Source of the DNA: an uncultured Collinsella sp.
Lineage (GTDB): Bacteria; Actinomycetota; Coriobacteriia; Coriobacteriales; Coriobacteriaceae
NCBI GenBank assembly: GCA_900544865.1
Contig: UQXA01000006.1
Location: 8,673-72,672, forward strand
Length of the DNA stretch: 64,000 nucleotides
Reading direction: 5' to 3'
Of the stretch, positions 9,987 through 20,530 are shown in pieces; position 1 is the stretch's first letter; each line of letters starts with the position of its first letter. The notes below the pieces were generated by a model that was not told the origin of the DNA, did no database searches, and saw nothing but the letters and a program-made list of their open reading frames with translations. Both the position numbers and the translations under genes were made by a program.

Positions 9987-10733
9987 CTAGACCGTGATGA
10001 CGTTGTCCATCGACTGGTACTTGGCTGGCACCTCGCCCGCGGTAATAATCGTTGCGTCGCGGAAGTCCGCGAACTTGACGGGCGCCACCATGCCGAATTT
10101 GCTGGCGTCTGAGATTACGAAGCGTTTGGCGGTATGGCGCATCGAGATACGCTTGACTTGCGCTTCCTCGATATCCGGTGTGGTGAGACCTTGCTCGGCG
10201 GCGATGCCATTGGAACCCCAAAAGCCGCAGTTGAAGTTATAGCGATCCAGGGTTGCCAAGGCGTCGGGACCGACGAGCGCCTCGGTCTCGGGCTTGAGCT
10301 CGCCGCCCAGCACCACGGTGCGCATGCCGCGCAGAGCGAGATGCTGAGCATGGAGCACGGAGTCGGTCACATAGGTGACGCCCTCAAGGCGCGGAAGATG
10401 CTCGATGAGCCTAAGCGTCGTCGAACCTGAATCGATGTACACAAAGCTCTCGGGCTCCACAAGCGCCGCCGCACGGGCGCAGATGCGCTCCTTGTCATCA
10501 TTATGGAGATCGCTGCGCTCGTTGATCGTCAGGTCGCGCGTCACGTGCGCGCGCTCCAGACTTGTCGCACCTCCGTGCACCTTGGCGATACGGTGTGCTC
10601 GGTCGAGCGTCTGCAGGTCGCGCCGAATAGTAGACGCCGTCACGCCCAGGGCCTCAGCAAGCTCCGGCACGGTAACCGAGCCGGTCTGCTGCACCATCGA
10701 CACGATCTCGTTGAGCCTATCTTCCGCAAGCAT
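9987..10733 (-). CDS. DeoR/GlpR family transcriptional regulator
   Basis: HTH VTASTIRRDL, KVHGGA, IDSGSTT, DASKFG motifs. Confidence 0.93.
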   Translation of the reverse strand: MLAEDRLNEIVSMVQQTGSVTVPELAEALGVTASTIRRDLQTLDRAHRIAKVHGGATSLERAHVTRDLTINERSDLHNDDKERICARAAALVEPESFVYIDSGSTTLRLIEHLPRLEGVTYVTDSVLHAQHLALRGMRTVVLGGELKPETEALVGPDALATLDRYNFNCGFWGSNGIAAEQGLTTPDIEEAQVKRISMRHTAKRFVISDASKFGMVAPVKFADFRDATIITAGEVPAKYQSMDNVITV

Positions 10734-10736
10734 CGT

Positions 10737-11819
10737 TTACTCCTCCTCGGGGTACACGACTCCCCAATCGGCGCGGAGCTTGGTCATCAGCTCCATAACA
10801 TCGGAAGCATAGCCCAGAAGCTCGCGCTTAGAATCATCGCCGGCAACGGCCTTCTCCAGGTCGGCCATCTCGTAGCACAGTGCGTAGGCCTCGGTGCCAG
10901 TGTGGACCTCCTCGCGGTGACCGTCTGCAGTCCACACGATGGTCGCATGGTCGGCACGCGGATACTCGTTGACCTCGATATGGCACTTGTCGAAGCTGAT
11001 GACCGAGCGCTTGGGCTGCTTGGAGTGGAGCGTAAGGCTCACGACGCCCAGCTGCTGCTCGGCGTTACGGCAGACAATGCCACCCGCGACGTCAACGCCA
11101 GTCTCGCAGGTATTGCCCAGAGATACGACCTCGGCGGGTTGGCTGGCCATAAACAGGCGCATGACGGACAGGGCATAGACGCCAATGTCGAGCATGGCGC
11201 CGCCGGCAAGGCTGCGGTTGTAGAATCGGTTGGTCAGGTCGCCGTACTCCTTATAGCTACCAAAGTTGAGCTGGGCGAGGTTCATGCGGCCAAAGTCGCC
11301 CGCATCCATGCGGCGGCGCAGCTCCTGATACAAGGGCATGTGGAGCACCGTTGTGGCGTCCATGAGGACCACGTTATGCTCGACAGCAATGGCACGGGCC
11401 TCGTCGAGCTCGGCAGAGTTGAGGGTAATGGCCTTCTCGCAGAGCACGTGCTTGCCGGCGGCCAGCGCGGCACGCAGATAGGTGATATGCGTGTTGTGCG
11501 GCGTGGTGATATAGACGGCGTCGATGTCCGGATCGGCGTAGAGGTCCTCAACCGTCTCGTACACCTTCTCGACGCCATACTGCTCGGCAAAAGCCTGGGC
11601 CTTGGACAGCGTACGGTTGGCAACGCCCGCGAGCTTGCGGCCGGCAAGAGCGAGAGACTGGGCCATTTGGTTGGCGATAACACCGCACCCGATCACAGCC
11701 CAACGAAGCTCGGGAGCCGTAAAGATATCATCGGGGAATGGCTTACCCTGGACCGAAGCGAACGCTGCCTTTGCTGCTGCCGCGGAGTCGAGTGGAGCTT
11801 GTTTTGAATCTGCCATCAT
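10737..11819 (-). CDS. Gfo/Idh/MocA family oxidoreductase
   Basis: IGCGVIA, YITTPHNTH, GKHVLCEK, GGAMLDIGVY motifs. Confidence 0.92.
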   Translation of the reverse strand: MMADSKQAPLDSAAAAKAAFASVQGKPFPDDIFTAPELRWAVIGCGVIANQMAQSLALAGRKLAGVANRTLSKAQAFAEQYGVEKVYETVEDLYADPDIDAVYITTPHNTHITYLRAALAAGKHVLCEKAITLNSAELDEARAIAVEHNVVLMDATTVLHMPLYQELRRRMDAGDFGRMNLAQLNFGSYKEYGDLTNRFYNRSLAGGAMLDIGVYALSVMRLFMASQPAEVVSLGNTCETGVDVAGGIVCRNAEQQLGVVSLTLHSKQPKRSVISFDKCHIEVNEYPRADHATIVWTADGHREEVHTGTEAYALCYEMADLEKAVAGDDSKRELLGYASDVMELMTKLRADWGVVYPEEE

Positions 11820-12110
11820 GTGCCTCCTGAATCATCGGAAGTTCTTCATTTCCAACAGCCTTATATTCGCACAAATGCGCGCGTATTTGCTTGTATTTGC
11901 GTGTTTATTTGTTTATCGGTCATTATTTAGCCATATTTTGCACATTTTTACGCGGTCATACGCATTAACACGCAATGCTATGCGCGATAATGCGCATGCG
12001 AGGATCCTTGTAAAGGATAAAGAAGCGGAACACCAAAGCCCAAAAAGGCAGAGCAGGCTGTCTTACTCTTCCCCTCTAGGGGCATCAGGCATCAATGGAC
12101 CGCCCCAAAC

Positions 12111-12241
12111 TGCCGGCACATGGGGAACATCCCCAGGTGCCGGCAGAAAGGGAACGTCCCCAGGTGCCGGCATTTCAGCGGCACTCATTTAAGTCTGTCC
12201 CCAATGAGCGCAATCACTCATTTAAGTCTGTCCCCAATGAG
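12111..12241. repeat. Cluster of REP-like units carrying a GTCCCC/TCCCC core
   Basis: GGGAACRTCCCCAGGTGCCGGCA x2 (12123, 12150); CACTCATTTAAGTCTGTCCCCAATGAG x2 (12182, 12215); related unit at ~57013-57049. Confidence 0.85.
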
Positions 12242-12250
12242 TAGGGATAG

Positions 12251-12286
12251 AAAAAGGCCCGGATGCCGTGGAACATCCGGGCCTTT
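12251..12286 (-). terminator. Intrinsic terminator after rplX
   Basis: AAAGGCCCGGATG...CATCCGGGCCTTT hairpin with T-run on the minus strand. Confidence 0.8.
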
Positions 12287-12312
12287 GCTAGCAACTTGAT
12301 GTTGCGGGCAGC

Positions 12313-12618
12313 TTAGAACTTGTGGCCGCACTTCTTGCAGACGCGCAGCTTGTTCTTGCCGTCCTTCTCGTGACCGACGCGGGTAACCTTACCGCACTCG
12401 GGGCAAACGAGATTGACGTTGGAGGCGTCGATGGGAGCCTCCTGCGAAACGATGCCGCCCTGCTGGTTGGCAGCGTTGGGCTTGACGGCCTTCTTAACGA
12501 CCGAAACGCCCTCGACAACGACCTTGTTCTCGGCGGGGAGAGCACGCAGGATAACGCCCTGCTTGCCGCGATCCTTACCAGAGAGAACCTGGACCTTATC
12601 GCCCTTCTTGATATACAT
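12313..12618 (-). CDS. rplX: 50S ribosomal protein L24
   Basis: [26 protein letters not shown]. Confidence 0.97.
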   Translation of the reverse strand: MYIKKGDKVQVLSGKDRGKQGVILRALPAENKVVVEGVSVVKKAVKPNAANQQGGIVSQEAPIDASNVNLVCPECGKVTRVGHEKDGKNKLRVCKKCGHKF

Positions 12619-12631
12619 ATATCTCCCCTAA

Positions 12632-13000
12632 CTACAGGGTCTCGGGAGCGAGCGAGACGATCTTCATGTACTTCTTGTCACGAAGCTCGCGAGCGACAGG
12701 CCCGAAGATACGGGTGCCGACGGGCGAACCATCGTTGTTGATGACAACGCAGGCGTTCTCATCAAAGCGAATGTAGGAGCCATCCTTGCGGCGGATCTCC
12801 TTAACGGTGCGAACGACGACGCAACGGACAACGTCCTTCTTCTTGACGTTGGCGCCAGGGGTAGCCTCCTGGACAGCACCGATGAACACATCGCCGATGC
12901 CTGCATAACGACGCTTGGAACCGCCAAGCACCTTGATGCAGCGAATCTTGCGAGCGCCGGAGTTGTCGGCGACGTTCAGCATGGTTTGCATCTGAATCAT
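12632..13000 (-). CDS. rplN: 50S ribosomal protein L14
   Basis: [16 protein letters not shown]...[10 protein letters not shown]. Confidence 0.98.
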   Translation of the reverse strand: MIQMQTMLNVADNSGARKIRCIKVLGGSKRRYAGIGDVFIGAVQEATPGANVKKKDVVRCVVVRTVKEIRRKDGSYIRFDENACVVINNDGSPVGTRIFGPVARELRDKKYMKIVSLAPETL

Positions 13001-13118
13001 GGTAGATGTTCCTCCGAACTAAGAACCGAAGAGAGGTGCGCAGCCTTTATACGGCCCGTGGTATGCAAGCCAGGCATACGCACATCTTCGGAAACGTACA
13101 AGTCGTAAGAGCGACTGC

Positions 13119-13379
13119 TTATTTAGCGCGCTCGACGACCTCGATGAGGCGCCAACGCTTCATCTTGGACATAGGACGGGTCTCCATAACGCGGACGGTA
13201 TCGCCCACGCCAGCCGTGCACTCCTCGTCGTGAGCGTGCAGCTTCTTGGAGCTGGTCATCATCTTGCCGTACTTGGGGTGACGCTTGCGCTCGGTGATGG
13301 TGACAACAATGGTCTTGGCACCGGAGACGGAGGTAACGACACCCGTACGGACCTTACGCGAGTTACGCGAATCAGTCAT
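13119..13379 (-). CDS. rpsQ: 30S ribosomal protein S17
   Basis: HPKYGK, AHDE, ETRPMSKMKRW. Confidence 0.97.
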   Translation of the reverse strand: MTDSRNSRKVRTGVVTSVSGAKTIVVTITERKRHPKYGKMMTSSKKLHAHDEECTAGVGDTVRVMETRPMSKMKRWRLIEVVERAK

Positions 13380-13395
13380 GTTCTCTCCTTAGGTC

Positions 13396-13611
13396 CTACT
13401 CGGCGACAGCGGACTTCTCCGCTGCGATCTCGCGGGCGCGCTGCTCCGTGAGGACGCGAGCGATGTCCTTCTTCACGGTGTTGACGCGAGCGGTGTTGTC
13501 CAGCTGGCTGGTGGCCATCTGGAAACGAAGGTTAAAGAGCTCGGCGCGCATTTCCTTCAGCTTCTCAACGAGCTGAGCGTCCGAGAGCTCACGAATCTCT
13601 GCGGGCTTCAT
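13396..13611 (-). CDS. rpmC: 50S ribosomal protein L29
   Basis: ELFNLRFQ, KKDIARVLT. Confidence 0.97.
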   Translation of the reverse strand: MKPAEIRELSDAQLVEKLKEMRAELFNLRFQMATSQLDNTARVNTVKKDIARVLTEQRAREIAAEKSAVAE

Positions 13612-14114
13612 TAGTTCTCCTCCTTGGCGGCGGCGGCGTCCTCAGCAGCCCACTTGGCCTCGAGAGCGGCCTCCTCAGCCATCTCCTTCTCGATGCGCTG
13701 CTCAGCGTTCTTGGCAGCAACAATCTTGGTCTTGATGGGGAGCTTGTGCTGCGCAAGACGCAGAGCCTCGCGAGCGACCTCCTCGGGAACACCCTTGACC
13801 TCGAACATGATGCGGCCGGGCTTGACGACGGCCACCCACTCCTCGGGGTTACCCTTACCAGAACCCATGCGAGTCTCGGCAGGCTTCTTGGTGATGGGCT
13901 TATCGGGGAAGATCGTGATGTAGACACGACCGCCACGCTTCATGTAGCGGGTCATGGCAATACGAGCGGCCTCGATCTGACGGTTGGTGATCCAATGGGC
14001 CTCGAGAGCCTGGATACCAAACTCGCCGAAATGCAGCTCGGTATTACCCTTGGCCTGGCCCTTCATGGAGCCACGCTGCACCTTGCGGTGAAGAATACGC
14101 TTAGGGGCAAGCAC
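13611..14114 (-). CDS. rplP: 50S ribosomal protein L16 (acidic C-terminal extension)
   Basis: [18 protein letters not shown]. Confidence 0.97.
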   Translation of the reverse strand: MLAPKRILHRKVQRGSMKGQAKGNTELHFGEFGIQALEAHWITNRQIEAARIAMTRYMKRGGRVYITIFPDKPITKKPAETRMGSGKGNPEEWVAVVKPGRIMFEVKGVPEEVAREALRLAQHKLPIKTKIVAAKNAEQRIEKEMAEEAALEAKWAAEDAAAAKEEN

Positions 14115-14824
14115 TACTGACCCCTCCTCTCGGAGTTACGACGACGAGGACGGGAAGAGCCCTCGAGTGCAGGGTTGGGAACAGGCTGGCCCGGGAGCTT
14201 CTCGCCCAGGTAGATCCAGACCTTCACGCCGCAAGCGCCCATGGTGGTGCTGGCGACAGCCGTGCCGTAGTCGATCTTGGCACGGAGGGTGTGCAGAGGC
14301 ACGCGACCCTCGCGGTACCACTCACGACGGCCCATCTCGGCGCCGCCGAGACGACCGGAGCACTGGATACGGATGCCCTTAGCGCCGGCCTTGCGGGCGG
14401 ACTGGACAGCCTTGCGCATAGCGCGACGGAAGGCAACGCGGCCCTCGAGCTGCTCGGCGATAGACTGAGCAACGAGGTTGGCGTCGAGCTCGGGGCGCTT
14501 GATCTCGACAACGTCGACGGAGAGCTGGCCCTTGGAGACGCCAGCGACCTTCTCGAGCTCGGTGCGGAGGGTATCGATCTCGGCACCCTTCTTACCGATG
14601 ACAACGCCGGGGCGAGCGGTGAGGATGATGACCTTCACCTTGTCGCCAGCGCGCTCGATCTCGACGCGGGAGACAGCTGCGCGGGAAAGACGCTTCTCGA
14701 GGTACTTGCGGATCTCGAGATCGTTACCGAGGGTCTTAGCGTAATCCTTCTCTGCGAACCAGCGGGAGCGCCAGTTCTCGGTAATGCCAAGACGGAAGCC
14801 GGTGGGGTAGACTTTCTGACCCAT
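14114..14824 (-). CDS. rpsC: 30S ribosomal protein S3
   Basis: [27 protein letters not shown]. Confidence 0.98.
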   Translation of the reverse strand: MGQKVYPTGFRLGITENWRSRWFAEKDYAKTLGNDLEIRKYLEKRLSRAAVSRVEIERAGDKVKVIILTARPGVVIGKKGAEIDTLRTELEKVAGVSKGQLSVDVVEIKRPELDANLVAQSIAEQLEGRVAFRRAMRKAVQSARKAGAKGIRIQCSGRLGGAEMGRREWYREGRVPLHTLRAKIDYGTAVASTTMGACGVKVWIYLGEKLPGQPVPNPALEGSSRPRRRNSERRGQ

Positions 14825-14830
14825 ACAGCT

Positions 14831-15202
14831 TTACGCCTCCTTTCGAGGAGCAACGACGACGGTGATGTGGGAAGTACGCTTCAGAATGCGAGAAGCGGAA
14901 CCCTTGGCGCGGGGACGGATGCGCTTAAGCGTCGGACCCTCGTCAACATAGGCAGCGGCGACAACCAGGTTGTCGGCACGCAGACCGTTGTTGTTCTCGG
15001 CGTTCGCAACGGCGGAACGGAGAACCTTCTCGACATCCACGGCGACGGCGCGGTCGCAGAAGTGGAGGATGTCGAAGGCCTGAGCGACAGGCTTGCGGCG
15101 GATCAGATCGACCACCAGGCGGGCCTTGCTGGGGGAAACACGCACGTACTTAGCGACGGCGCGAACCTCGGTGGCCTCAGTTTCAATAGACTTAGTTGCC
15201 AT
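14831..15202 (-). CDS. rplV: 50S ribosomal protein L22
   Basis: [29 protein letters not shown]. Confidence 0.97.
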   Translation of the reverse strand: MATKSIETEATEVRAVAKYVRVSPSKARLVVDLIRRKPVAQAFDILHFCDRAVAVDVEKVLRSAVANAENNNGLRADNLVVAAAYVDEGPTLKRIRPRAKGSASRILKRTSHITVVVAPRKEA

Positions 15203-15216
15203 TTACGGTTAACCCC

Positions 15217-15477
15217 CTATTTGGCCTTGTGGCCACGGAACGTACGAGTCGGCGCGAACTCGCCGAGCTTGTGACCAACCATGGACTCGGTAACATACAC
15301 GGGCACATGCTTGCGGCCGTCGTGGACGGCGATGGTGTGACCAACCATCTCGGGGAAGATGGTGGACGCGCGGGACCAGGTCTTCACGACGTCCTTCTTG
15401 CCAGCCTCGTTCATCGCGGTGATACGCGAGAGAAGGCGAGTCTCCACGAACGGGCCCTTTTTGAGACTTCTGCTCAT
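15217..15477 (-). CDS. rpsS: 30S ribosomal protein S19
   Basis: [21 protein letters not shown]. Confidence 0.98.
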   Translation of the reverse strand: MSRSLKKGPFVETRLLSRITAMNEAGKKDVVKTWSRASTIFPEMVGHTIAVHDGRKHVPVYVTESMVGHKLGEFAPTRTFRGHKAK

Positions 15478-15509
15478 AAGTGCTTTCTCCTAAAACTCGG
15501 TATCCGAAA

Positions 15510-16340
15510 TTACTTCTTACGGCGACGAATGATGTGCTGGTTCGAGACCTTCTTCTTCTTGCGCGTACGAAGGCCCTTCGTCGGCTTACCCCAGGGGGTA
15601 ACGGAGGGACGACCAGAGGTGTGGTTCTTGCCCTCGCCACCGCCGTGCGGGTGGTCGACAGGGTTCATGACGGTACCGCGGACGGTCGGGCGCACGTTCA
15701 TGTGACGCTTACGGCCGGCCTTGCCGATGACGATGTTGGAGTGATCGGCGTTGCCGACCTCACCGACGGTGGCGCGGCAGGTAACGAGGATGCGGCGCAT
15801 CTCGGAGGAAGGCATACGGACGATAGCGTACTTGCCCTCCTTACCCATCAGCTGGCAGGAGTTACCGGCGGAACGGGCGATAGCAGCGCCCTTGCCCGGC
15901 TGGAACTCGACGGCGTGGATGAGCGTACCGACGGGGATGTCGGCGAGGGGCAGAGCGTTGCCCGGCTTGATGTCGGCGTCAGAACCGGACATGATGGTCT
16001 GACCGACCTCGAGGCCCTTGGGGGCCAGGATGTAGCGCTTCTCACCGTCAGCGTAGTGCAGCAGAGCGATGCGAGCGGAACGGTTCGGATCGTACTCGAT
16101 CGTGGCAACCTTGGCGGGCACGCCATCCTTGTTGCGCTTGAAGTCGATCACGCGGTAACGACGCTTCACGCCGCCGCCCTGGTGGCGGGTGGTGATGCGG
16201 CCGTTGTTGTTACGACCGGCCTTCTTGGGCAGGGGCTCGAGAAGAGACTTCTCGGGCTTGGTGCAGGTGATCTCGGAGAAGTCGGAGATCGTCTGCCAAC
16301 GCCTACCAGCGGAGGTCGGCTTAAGGTGCTTTACAGCCAT
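15510..16340 (-). CDS. rplB: 50S ribosomal protein L2
   Basis: [32 protein letters not shown]; start at [10 protein letters not shown]. Confidence 0.98.
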   Translation of the reverse strand: MAVKHLKPTSAGRRWQTISDFSEITCTKPEKSLLEPLPKKAGRNNNGRITTRHQGGGVKRRYRVIDFKRNKDGVPAKVATIEYDPNRSARIALLHYADGEKRYILAPKGLEVGQTIMSGSDADIKPGNALPLADIPVGTLIHAVEFQPGKGAAIARSAGNSCQLMGKEGKYAIVRMPSSEMRRILVTCRATVGEVGNADHSNIVIGKAGRKRHMNVRPTVRGTVMNPVDHPHGGGEGKNHTSGRPSVTPWGKPTKGLRTRKKKKVSNQHIIRRRKK

Positions 16341-16519
16341 TACAATCCCTTTCAATAGGAATCCGTTAGCCATCGCAGACAGGGATTCGAGGTTCTGCCT
16401 CGGGTGCGATGACACCGGACGTATACACGGTTCCGGGCGTGTCCATTTTATACGCCCAAAACCTTGAGCTCTCGCCTCCCCTTTTTGGGAGGCATGAGCT
16501 CACTCAACAGCAGCGAGTC

Positions 16520-16807
16520 TTAGGCCTGGTTGCCAAAGACCTCGATGGTGTCGCCCTCGGCCAGCGTGACGATGGCCTTCTTCCAAGAACGGGTCTTGCC
16601 GGCGACATAGCGCACGCGCTTGGTCTTGGGCTTGACCGTCAGGGTGTTCACGCGAACGACCTTGACGCCGAAGATCTCCTCGACAGCGTCCTTGATCTGA
16701 TACTTGTTAGCATCCTTGGCGACCTCGAACGTGTACTTGTTCAGCTCCATGCCGGAGAAGGAACGCTCGGACACGATCGGACGGATGATGATCTCGTGGG
16801 CGGTCAT
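16520..16807 (-). CDS. rplW: 50S ribosomal protein L23
   Basis: PIVSERS, KYTFEV, WKKAIVTL. Confidence 0.97.
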   Translation of the reverse strand: MTAHEIIIRPIVSERSFSGMELNKYTFEVAKDANKYQIKDAVEEIFGVKVVRVNTLTVKPKTKRVRYVAGKTRSWKKAIVTLAEGDTIEVFGNQA

Positions 16808-17434
16808 TTATGCAAGCACCTCCCCGAAGTGAGCGGCGATGTCGGCGGGCATCAGCACGGCGTTGTTGTTGACGAGATCGTAGGTGTTGGCCTCGTCGGC
16901 AGTGATGATGAACGTCTTGGGAATGTTGCGGAACGACAGGTAGGCGTTGACGTCCTCATCGCGAACGATGATGGTCAGACGCTTGCCCTCAAGGCCGAGA
17001 GCCTTGAGCATGGCGACGGCAGCCTTGGTGGAAGGCTTCTCGAAGCCGTAGTCGTCAACGAGCACGAGCTCGCCATCGGCCAGCTTGGCGGACAGCGCGG
17101 AGCGCATAGCCAGCTTGACCTCCTTGTTGTTCATACGCTTAGCGTAGGAACGGGGCTTGGGGGCGAAGACAACGCCACCGTGACGCCACTGGGCAGCACG
17201 GATGGAACCCTGGCGGGCACGGCCGGTGCCCTTCTGACGCCAAGGCTTCTTGCCGCCACCGGAAACCTCAGAGCGACCCTTAGCAGACTGGGTGCCCTGA
17301 CGCCAAGAGGCCATCTGGCACTTGACGATGTGGTGCATAACGTGGATGTTCGGCTCGATGCCGTACACCTCAGCGGCGAGCTCGGCCTCGGCGACCTTCT
17401 TGCCCTCGCTGTTCTTTACTTCAAACTTTGCCAT
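16808..17434 (-). CDS. rplD: 50S ribosomal protein L4
   Basis: KPWRQKGTGRARQGS. Confidence 0.98.
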   Translation of the reverse strand: MAKFEVKNSEGKKVAEAELAAEVYGIEPNIHVMHHIVKCQMASWRQGTQSAKGRSEVSGGGKKPWRQKGTGRARQGSIRAAQWRHGGVVFAPKPRSYAKRMNNKEVKLAMRSALSAKLADGELVLVDDYGFEKPSTKAAVAMLKALGLEGKRLTIIVRDEDVNAYLSFRNIPKTFIITADEANTYDLVNNNAVLMPADIAAHFGEVLA

Positions 17435-17480
17435 TTAAGTGTTCTCCTTGGTATGACGCTGGGCTAAATGGGCTGGGCCC

Positions 17481-18101
17481 TTAGGCCATACGGATGGCGA
17501 CGAGACCATTCTTGGCACCCGGGACAGCGCCCTTGACCAAGATGAGGTTCTGCTCGGCATCGATGCGGACAACGGAAAGGTTCTTGACGGTAACGCGCTC
17601 GTTACCCATGTGACCGGCCATCTTGACGCCCTTGAGGACGCGCGCAGGATAGGCGCACTGACCGATAGAACCGGGGTGACGCTGGAAGTGAGAACCATGC
17701 GTCATAGGACCGCGGCGCTGACCCCAGCGCTTGATGCGACCCTGGAAGCCCTTACCCTTGGAGGTACCGATGACGTCGACCTTCTCGACATCAGCGAAAT
17801 CAGCGACGGTGACGACCTCGCCGACCTTGTGCTCCTCGCCGTTCTCGACGCGGACCTCACGAAGGAAGCGGACAGGCTCGACGCCAGCCTTGGCGAAGTG
17901 ACCAGCCATGGGCTTGTTCACGTTCTTGGCCTTGATGTCGCCGAAACCGATCTGGACGGCGTCATAGCCGTCGGTTGCCTGAGTTTTAACCTGCGAGACA
18001 GCGCAGGGGCCAGCCTGGATGACCGTGACGGGAACGACGTTGTCGTCCTCGTCCCAAACCTGGGTCATGCCAATCTTGCGGCCGAGAATCATGCTGATCA
18101 A
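17481..18101 (-). CDS. rplC: 50S ribosomal protein L3
   Basis: [22 protein letters not shown]. Confidence 0.98.
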   Translation of the reverse strand: MISMILGRKIGMTQVWDEDDNVVPVTVIQAGPCAVSQVKTQATDGYDAVQIGFGDIKAKNVNKPMAGHFAKAGVEPVRFLREVRVENGEEHKVGEVVTVADFADVEKVDVIGTSKGKGFQGRIKRWGQRRGPMTHGSHFQRHPGSIGQCAYPARVLKGVKMAGHMGNERVTVKNLSVVRIDAEQNLILVKGAVPGAKNGLVAIRMA

Positions 18102-18353
18102 GATATGATCCCAACTCTCGCGTGGTCTTGGGACAATGCGTACACCACCGAGCGTACGCCCCTAGAGGACCACTACTTACACGACGTGCTCCCCAGCCTT
18201 GTATTTCGCCCGGACTACCTGACAACCCTATTAAGCAGGCATTTTGTCCAGCCAGAATACTCCCCTGGTTACACACAGCTGTTTAGTATACACGGCTGCG
18301 GGCGTATCCATCGAGATTCATATTTCACTCACATTGTTTACGCAGGTAAAGTG

Positions 18354-18530
18354 CGTGGCACGTTCCCAGTGTGCGGCGGAGGGGGCGGGCCTGAGACATA
18401 TTAAGGTTGCTGCTCTACAGTCCTGCTCACGACGGAGAGCACATTAAGTGCTCTCCTGTTCGTGCGGAACTCGCGACAACCTTAATATGTCTCAGGCCCG
18501 CCCCCTCCGCCGCACACTGGGAACGCCACG
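18354..18530. repeat. Long palindromic element copy 1 (CACATTAAGTG core family)
   Basis: Perfect 49-bp arms 18361-18409 / 18477-18525 around a 67-nt conserved core. Confidence 0.92.
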
Positions 18531-18560
18531 TTGATGTCTGCTAAACCTTGCTCGCTCAGG

Positions 18561-19187
18561 CTAATGACTTTGTTGGGGGTCCACTATTTGCTGGAGGGTG
18601 AACTTGCATTGCATTGGCTCGCCTTCTGCTTGTGGCTTTGCCTCTTCGAAATCAAAGATCATGATGGCGCAGTTGGGGAGTTTTGCTGGGAGTTCGAAGC
18701 CCTCTGGAGCTGCAGCTTTGATGAATTGGCGGCTGGCGCTGCCGTGGCTTACTGCTAGGAGGGTTTCGATACCATCGGCGCTCATGAGATTGGTGAGGGT
18801 GGCTACCATGCGTTCTTGCAACGCTTTGCTTCCCTCTCCTCCAAAGGGGACCAGATCTTCGCCTGGATCCCAGACGTCGGTGGGCAGCGCGTCGTGCGGG
18901 CCTTCCTCGAAGGTTCCATAGCAGCGCTCGATGATGCCTTCGCAGGACTCGACTGCTGCGTCCGGGCCGAGGAGCTCGCATGCGACGAGCTGAGCTGTAT
19001 CCATGGCTCGACCCAAAGGCGACGAGACCACTTTGTCGGGGACAACGTCATGGGCCTTGAGCCATGCGGCTGCCATTCCCGCTTGTTTGCGGCCAAGGTC
19101 GGTCAGCGACGAATCGCAGCGGCCCTGGACCAGCTTCTTGACGTTGAACTCCGTCTGGCCGTGGCGGAGCAGATACAGCCTCTTCAT
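18561..19187 (-). CDS. Histidine phosphatase (phosphoglycerate mutase) family protein
   Basis: LYLLRHGQT, SSPLGRA, VSHG motifs. Confidence 0.92.
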   Translation of the reverse strand: MKRLYLLRHGQTEFNVKKLVQGRCDSSLTDLGRKQAGMAAAWLKAHDVVPDKVVSSPLGRAMDTAQLVACELLGPDAAVESCEGIIERCYGTFEEGPHDALPTDVWDPGEDLVPFGGEGSKALQERMVATLTNLMSADGIETLLAVSHGSASRQFIKAAAPEGFELPAKLPNCAIMIFDFEEAKPQAEGEPMQCKFTLQQIVDPQQSH

Positions 19188-19226
19188 ATTCTCCCCTTCT
19201 GTATAACTTGCTTTGCCGGCACAGCC

Positions 19227-20381
19227 CTACTCGTGGGTATGGCCTACGTAGTCTTCGTCGATCGTGATCTTGGCAATCGACTTGGGATATTCGGATTCGA
19301 CCCGTTGCGCCAGCGCTTGCTTTAAGTCCTCGGCGCTCATCTGCAGATCCGAGGGTCGCACGCAGTCAAAGATCACGTTGGTGTGCGTAGGACCCGGCAC
19401 GCAGCGCAGGTCATGAATCGAAAGGCGGCTATTGATCTGTTGAGCCATGGCGTTAATGCGTAAACGCATGCTCGCCACATTGGGGTCATCGGTCACGATT
19501 GGATCGTAGTGAAGCGTGACAATCATGCCGTCTTCGTTCCTAAACGCCTGCTCGATGTTATCGAGCGTGTCATGGCTTTCCAGAGGGCTGGCCTCGGCTG
19601 CCATCTCGGCGTGAGCGCTTGCGAACTTCCTGCCCGGGCCGTAATCGTGAACCATCAGATCGTGAACGCCCAAAACGCCGGGACAGCTCATGATCTTGTC
19701 TCGAATGTGCTTGACCAGCTTAGGATCGGGCGTCTGGCCCAAAAGCGGGCTCACCGTATCCTGGATGAGTTCAAAACCGCTCCAGCCAATATAGGCGCCA
19801 ACGGCAAGGCCGACCCATGCGTCAAGATTGATGTGCGTCACCTGCGAAACAATTGCGCACGCTAACACGGCGCCTGTGGCAAGAACATCGTTCTTGGAAT
19901 CTTGCGCGGTCGCGTGCAGCGTCTCGGACTCAATGCGGTCGCCGAGCTTTTGGTTGAGGGCCGCCATCCAGAGCTTTACGACCATCGAAAGCACGAGAAC
20001 CGCCACCAGGGCAAGCGAGAACTCGACAGGTTCGGGGTGGATGACGCGCTCAACCGAGGACTTCACCAGCTCAACGCCAATCAACAGCACGAGCGCCGCC
20101 ACGACCAGACCCGAGAGATACTCGTAGCGACCGTGTCCGTAAGGATGCTCGGGGTCGGCCGGCTTGCTCGCCAGCTTAAAGCCCAGCACGCTCACGATAT
20201 TCGAGCTGGCATCGGACAGGTTGTTCATGGCGTCCGCCACGATCGAAACCGATCCCGACAGCACGCCAATTACGCCCTTCGCAGCGCATAGTGCCACATT
20301 GGCGAGAATACACACCACGCCCGTCAACGTGCCCACGCGCGCACGGTCGCCCTGCGCACGCTTAACAATCCACTCGACCAT
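19227..20381 (-). CDS. Cation diffusion facilitator (CDF) transporter
   Basis: ADAMNNLSD, HPYGHGRYEY, VHDLMVHDYGPG. Confidence 0.92.
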   Translation of the reverse strand: MVEWIVKRAQGDRARVGTLTGVVCILANVALCAAKGVIGVLSGSVSIVADAMNNLSDASSNIVSVLGFKLASKPADPEHPYGHGRYEYLSGLVVAALVLLIGVELVKSSVERVIHPEPVEFSLALVAVLVLSMVVKLWMAALNQKLGDRIESETLHATAQDSKNDVLATGAVLACAIVSQVTHINLDAWVGLAVGAYIGWSGFELIQDTVSPLLGQTPDPKLVKHIRDKIMSCPGVLGVHDLMVHDYGPGRKFASAHAEMAAEASPLESHDTLDNIEQAFRNEDGMIVTLHYDPIVTDDPNVASMRLRINAMAQQINSRLSIHDLRCVPGPTHTNVIFDCVRPSDLQMSAEDLKQALAQRVESEYPKSIAKITIDEDYVGHTHE

Positions 20382-20530
20382 CTACATCCGCCCCCACGGT
20401 ACTACCTATATATCTATTGCTCAAACGGATTGTAGTGTAGCCACTTTGTCCTCAAGATACAAAAGGCCGCAGCCCGCACGGGCCACGGCCTTGGAATGTG
20501 ACATACGGGACTGCCCCTTTGTCGATCGAT

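Noticed and set aside
13611..13720. Acidic C-terminal extension of L16
   Set aside because: Low-complexity tails on r-proteins are common in Actinomycetota; no evidence of a special function.
18354..18530. Known self-cleaving ribozyme or tRNA
   Set aside because: I could not match hammerhead, twister, pistol or HDV consensus or a cloverleaf by eye; needs an Infernal search.
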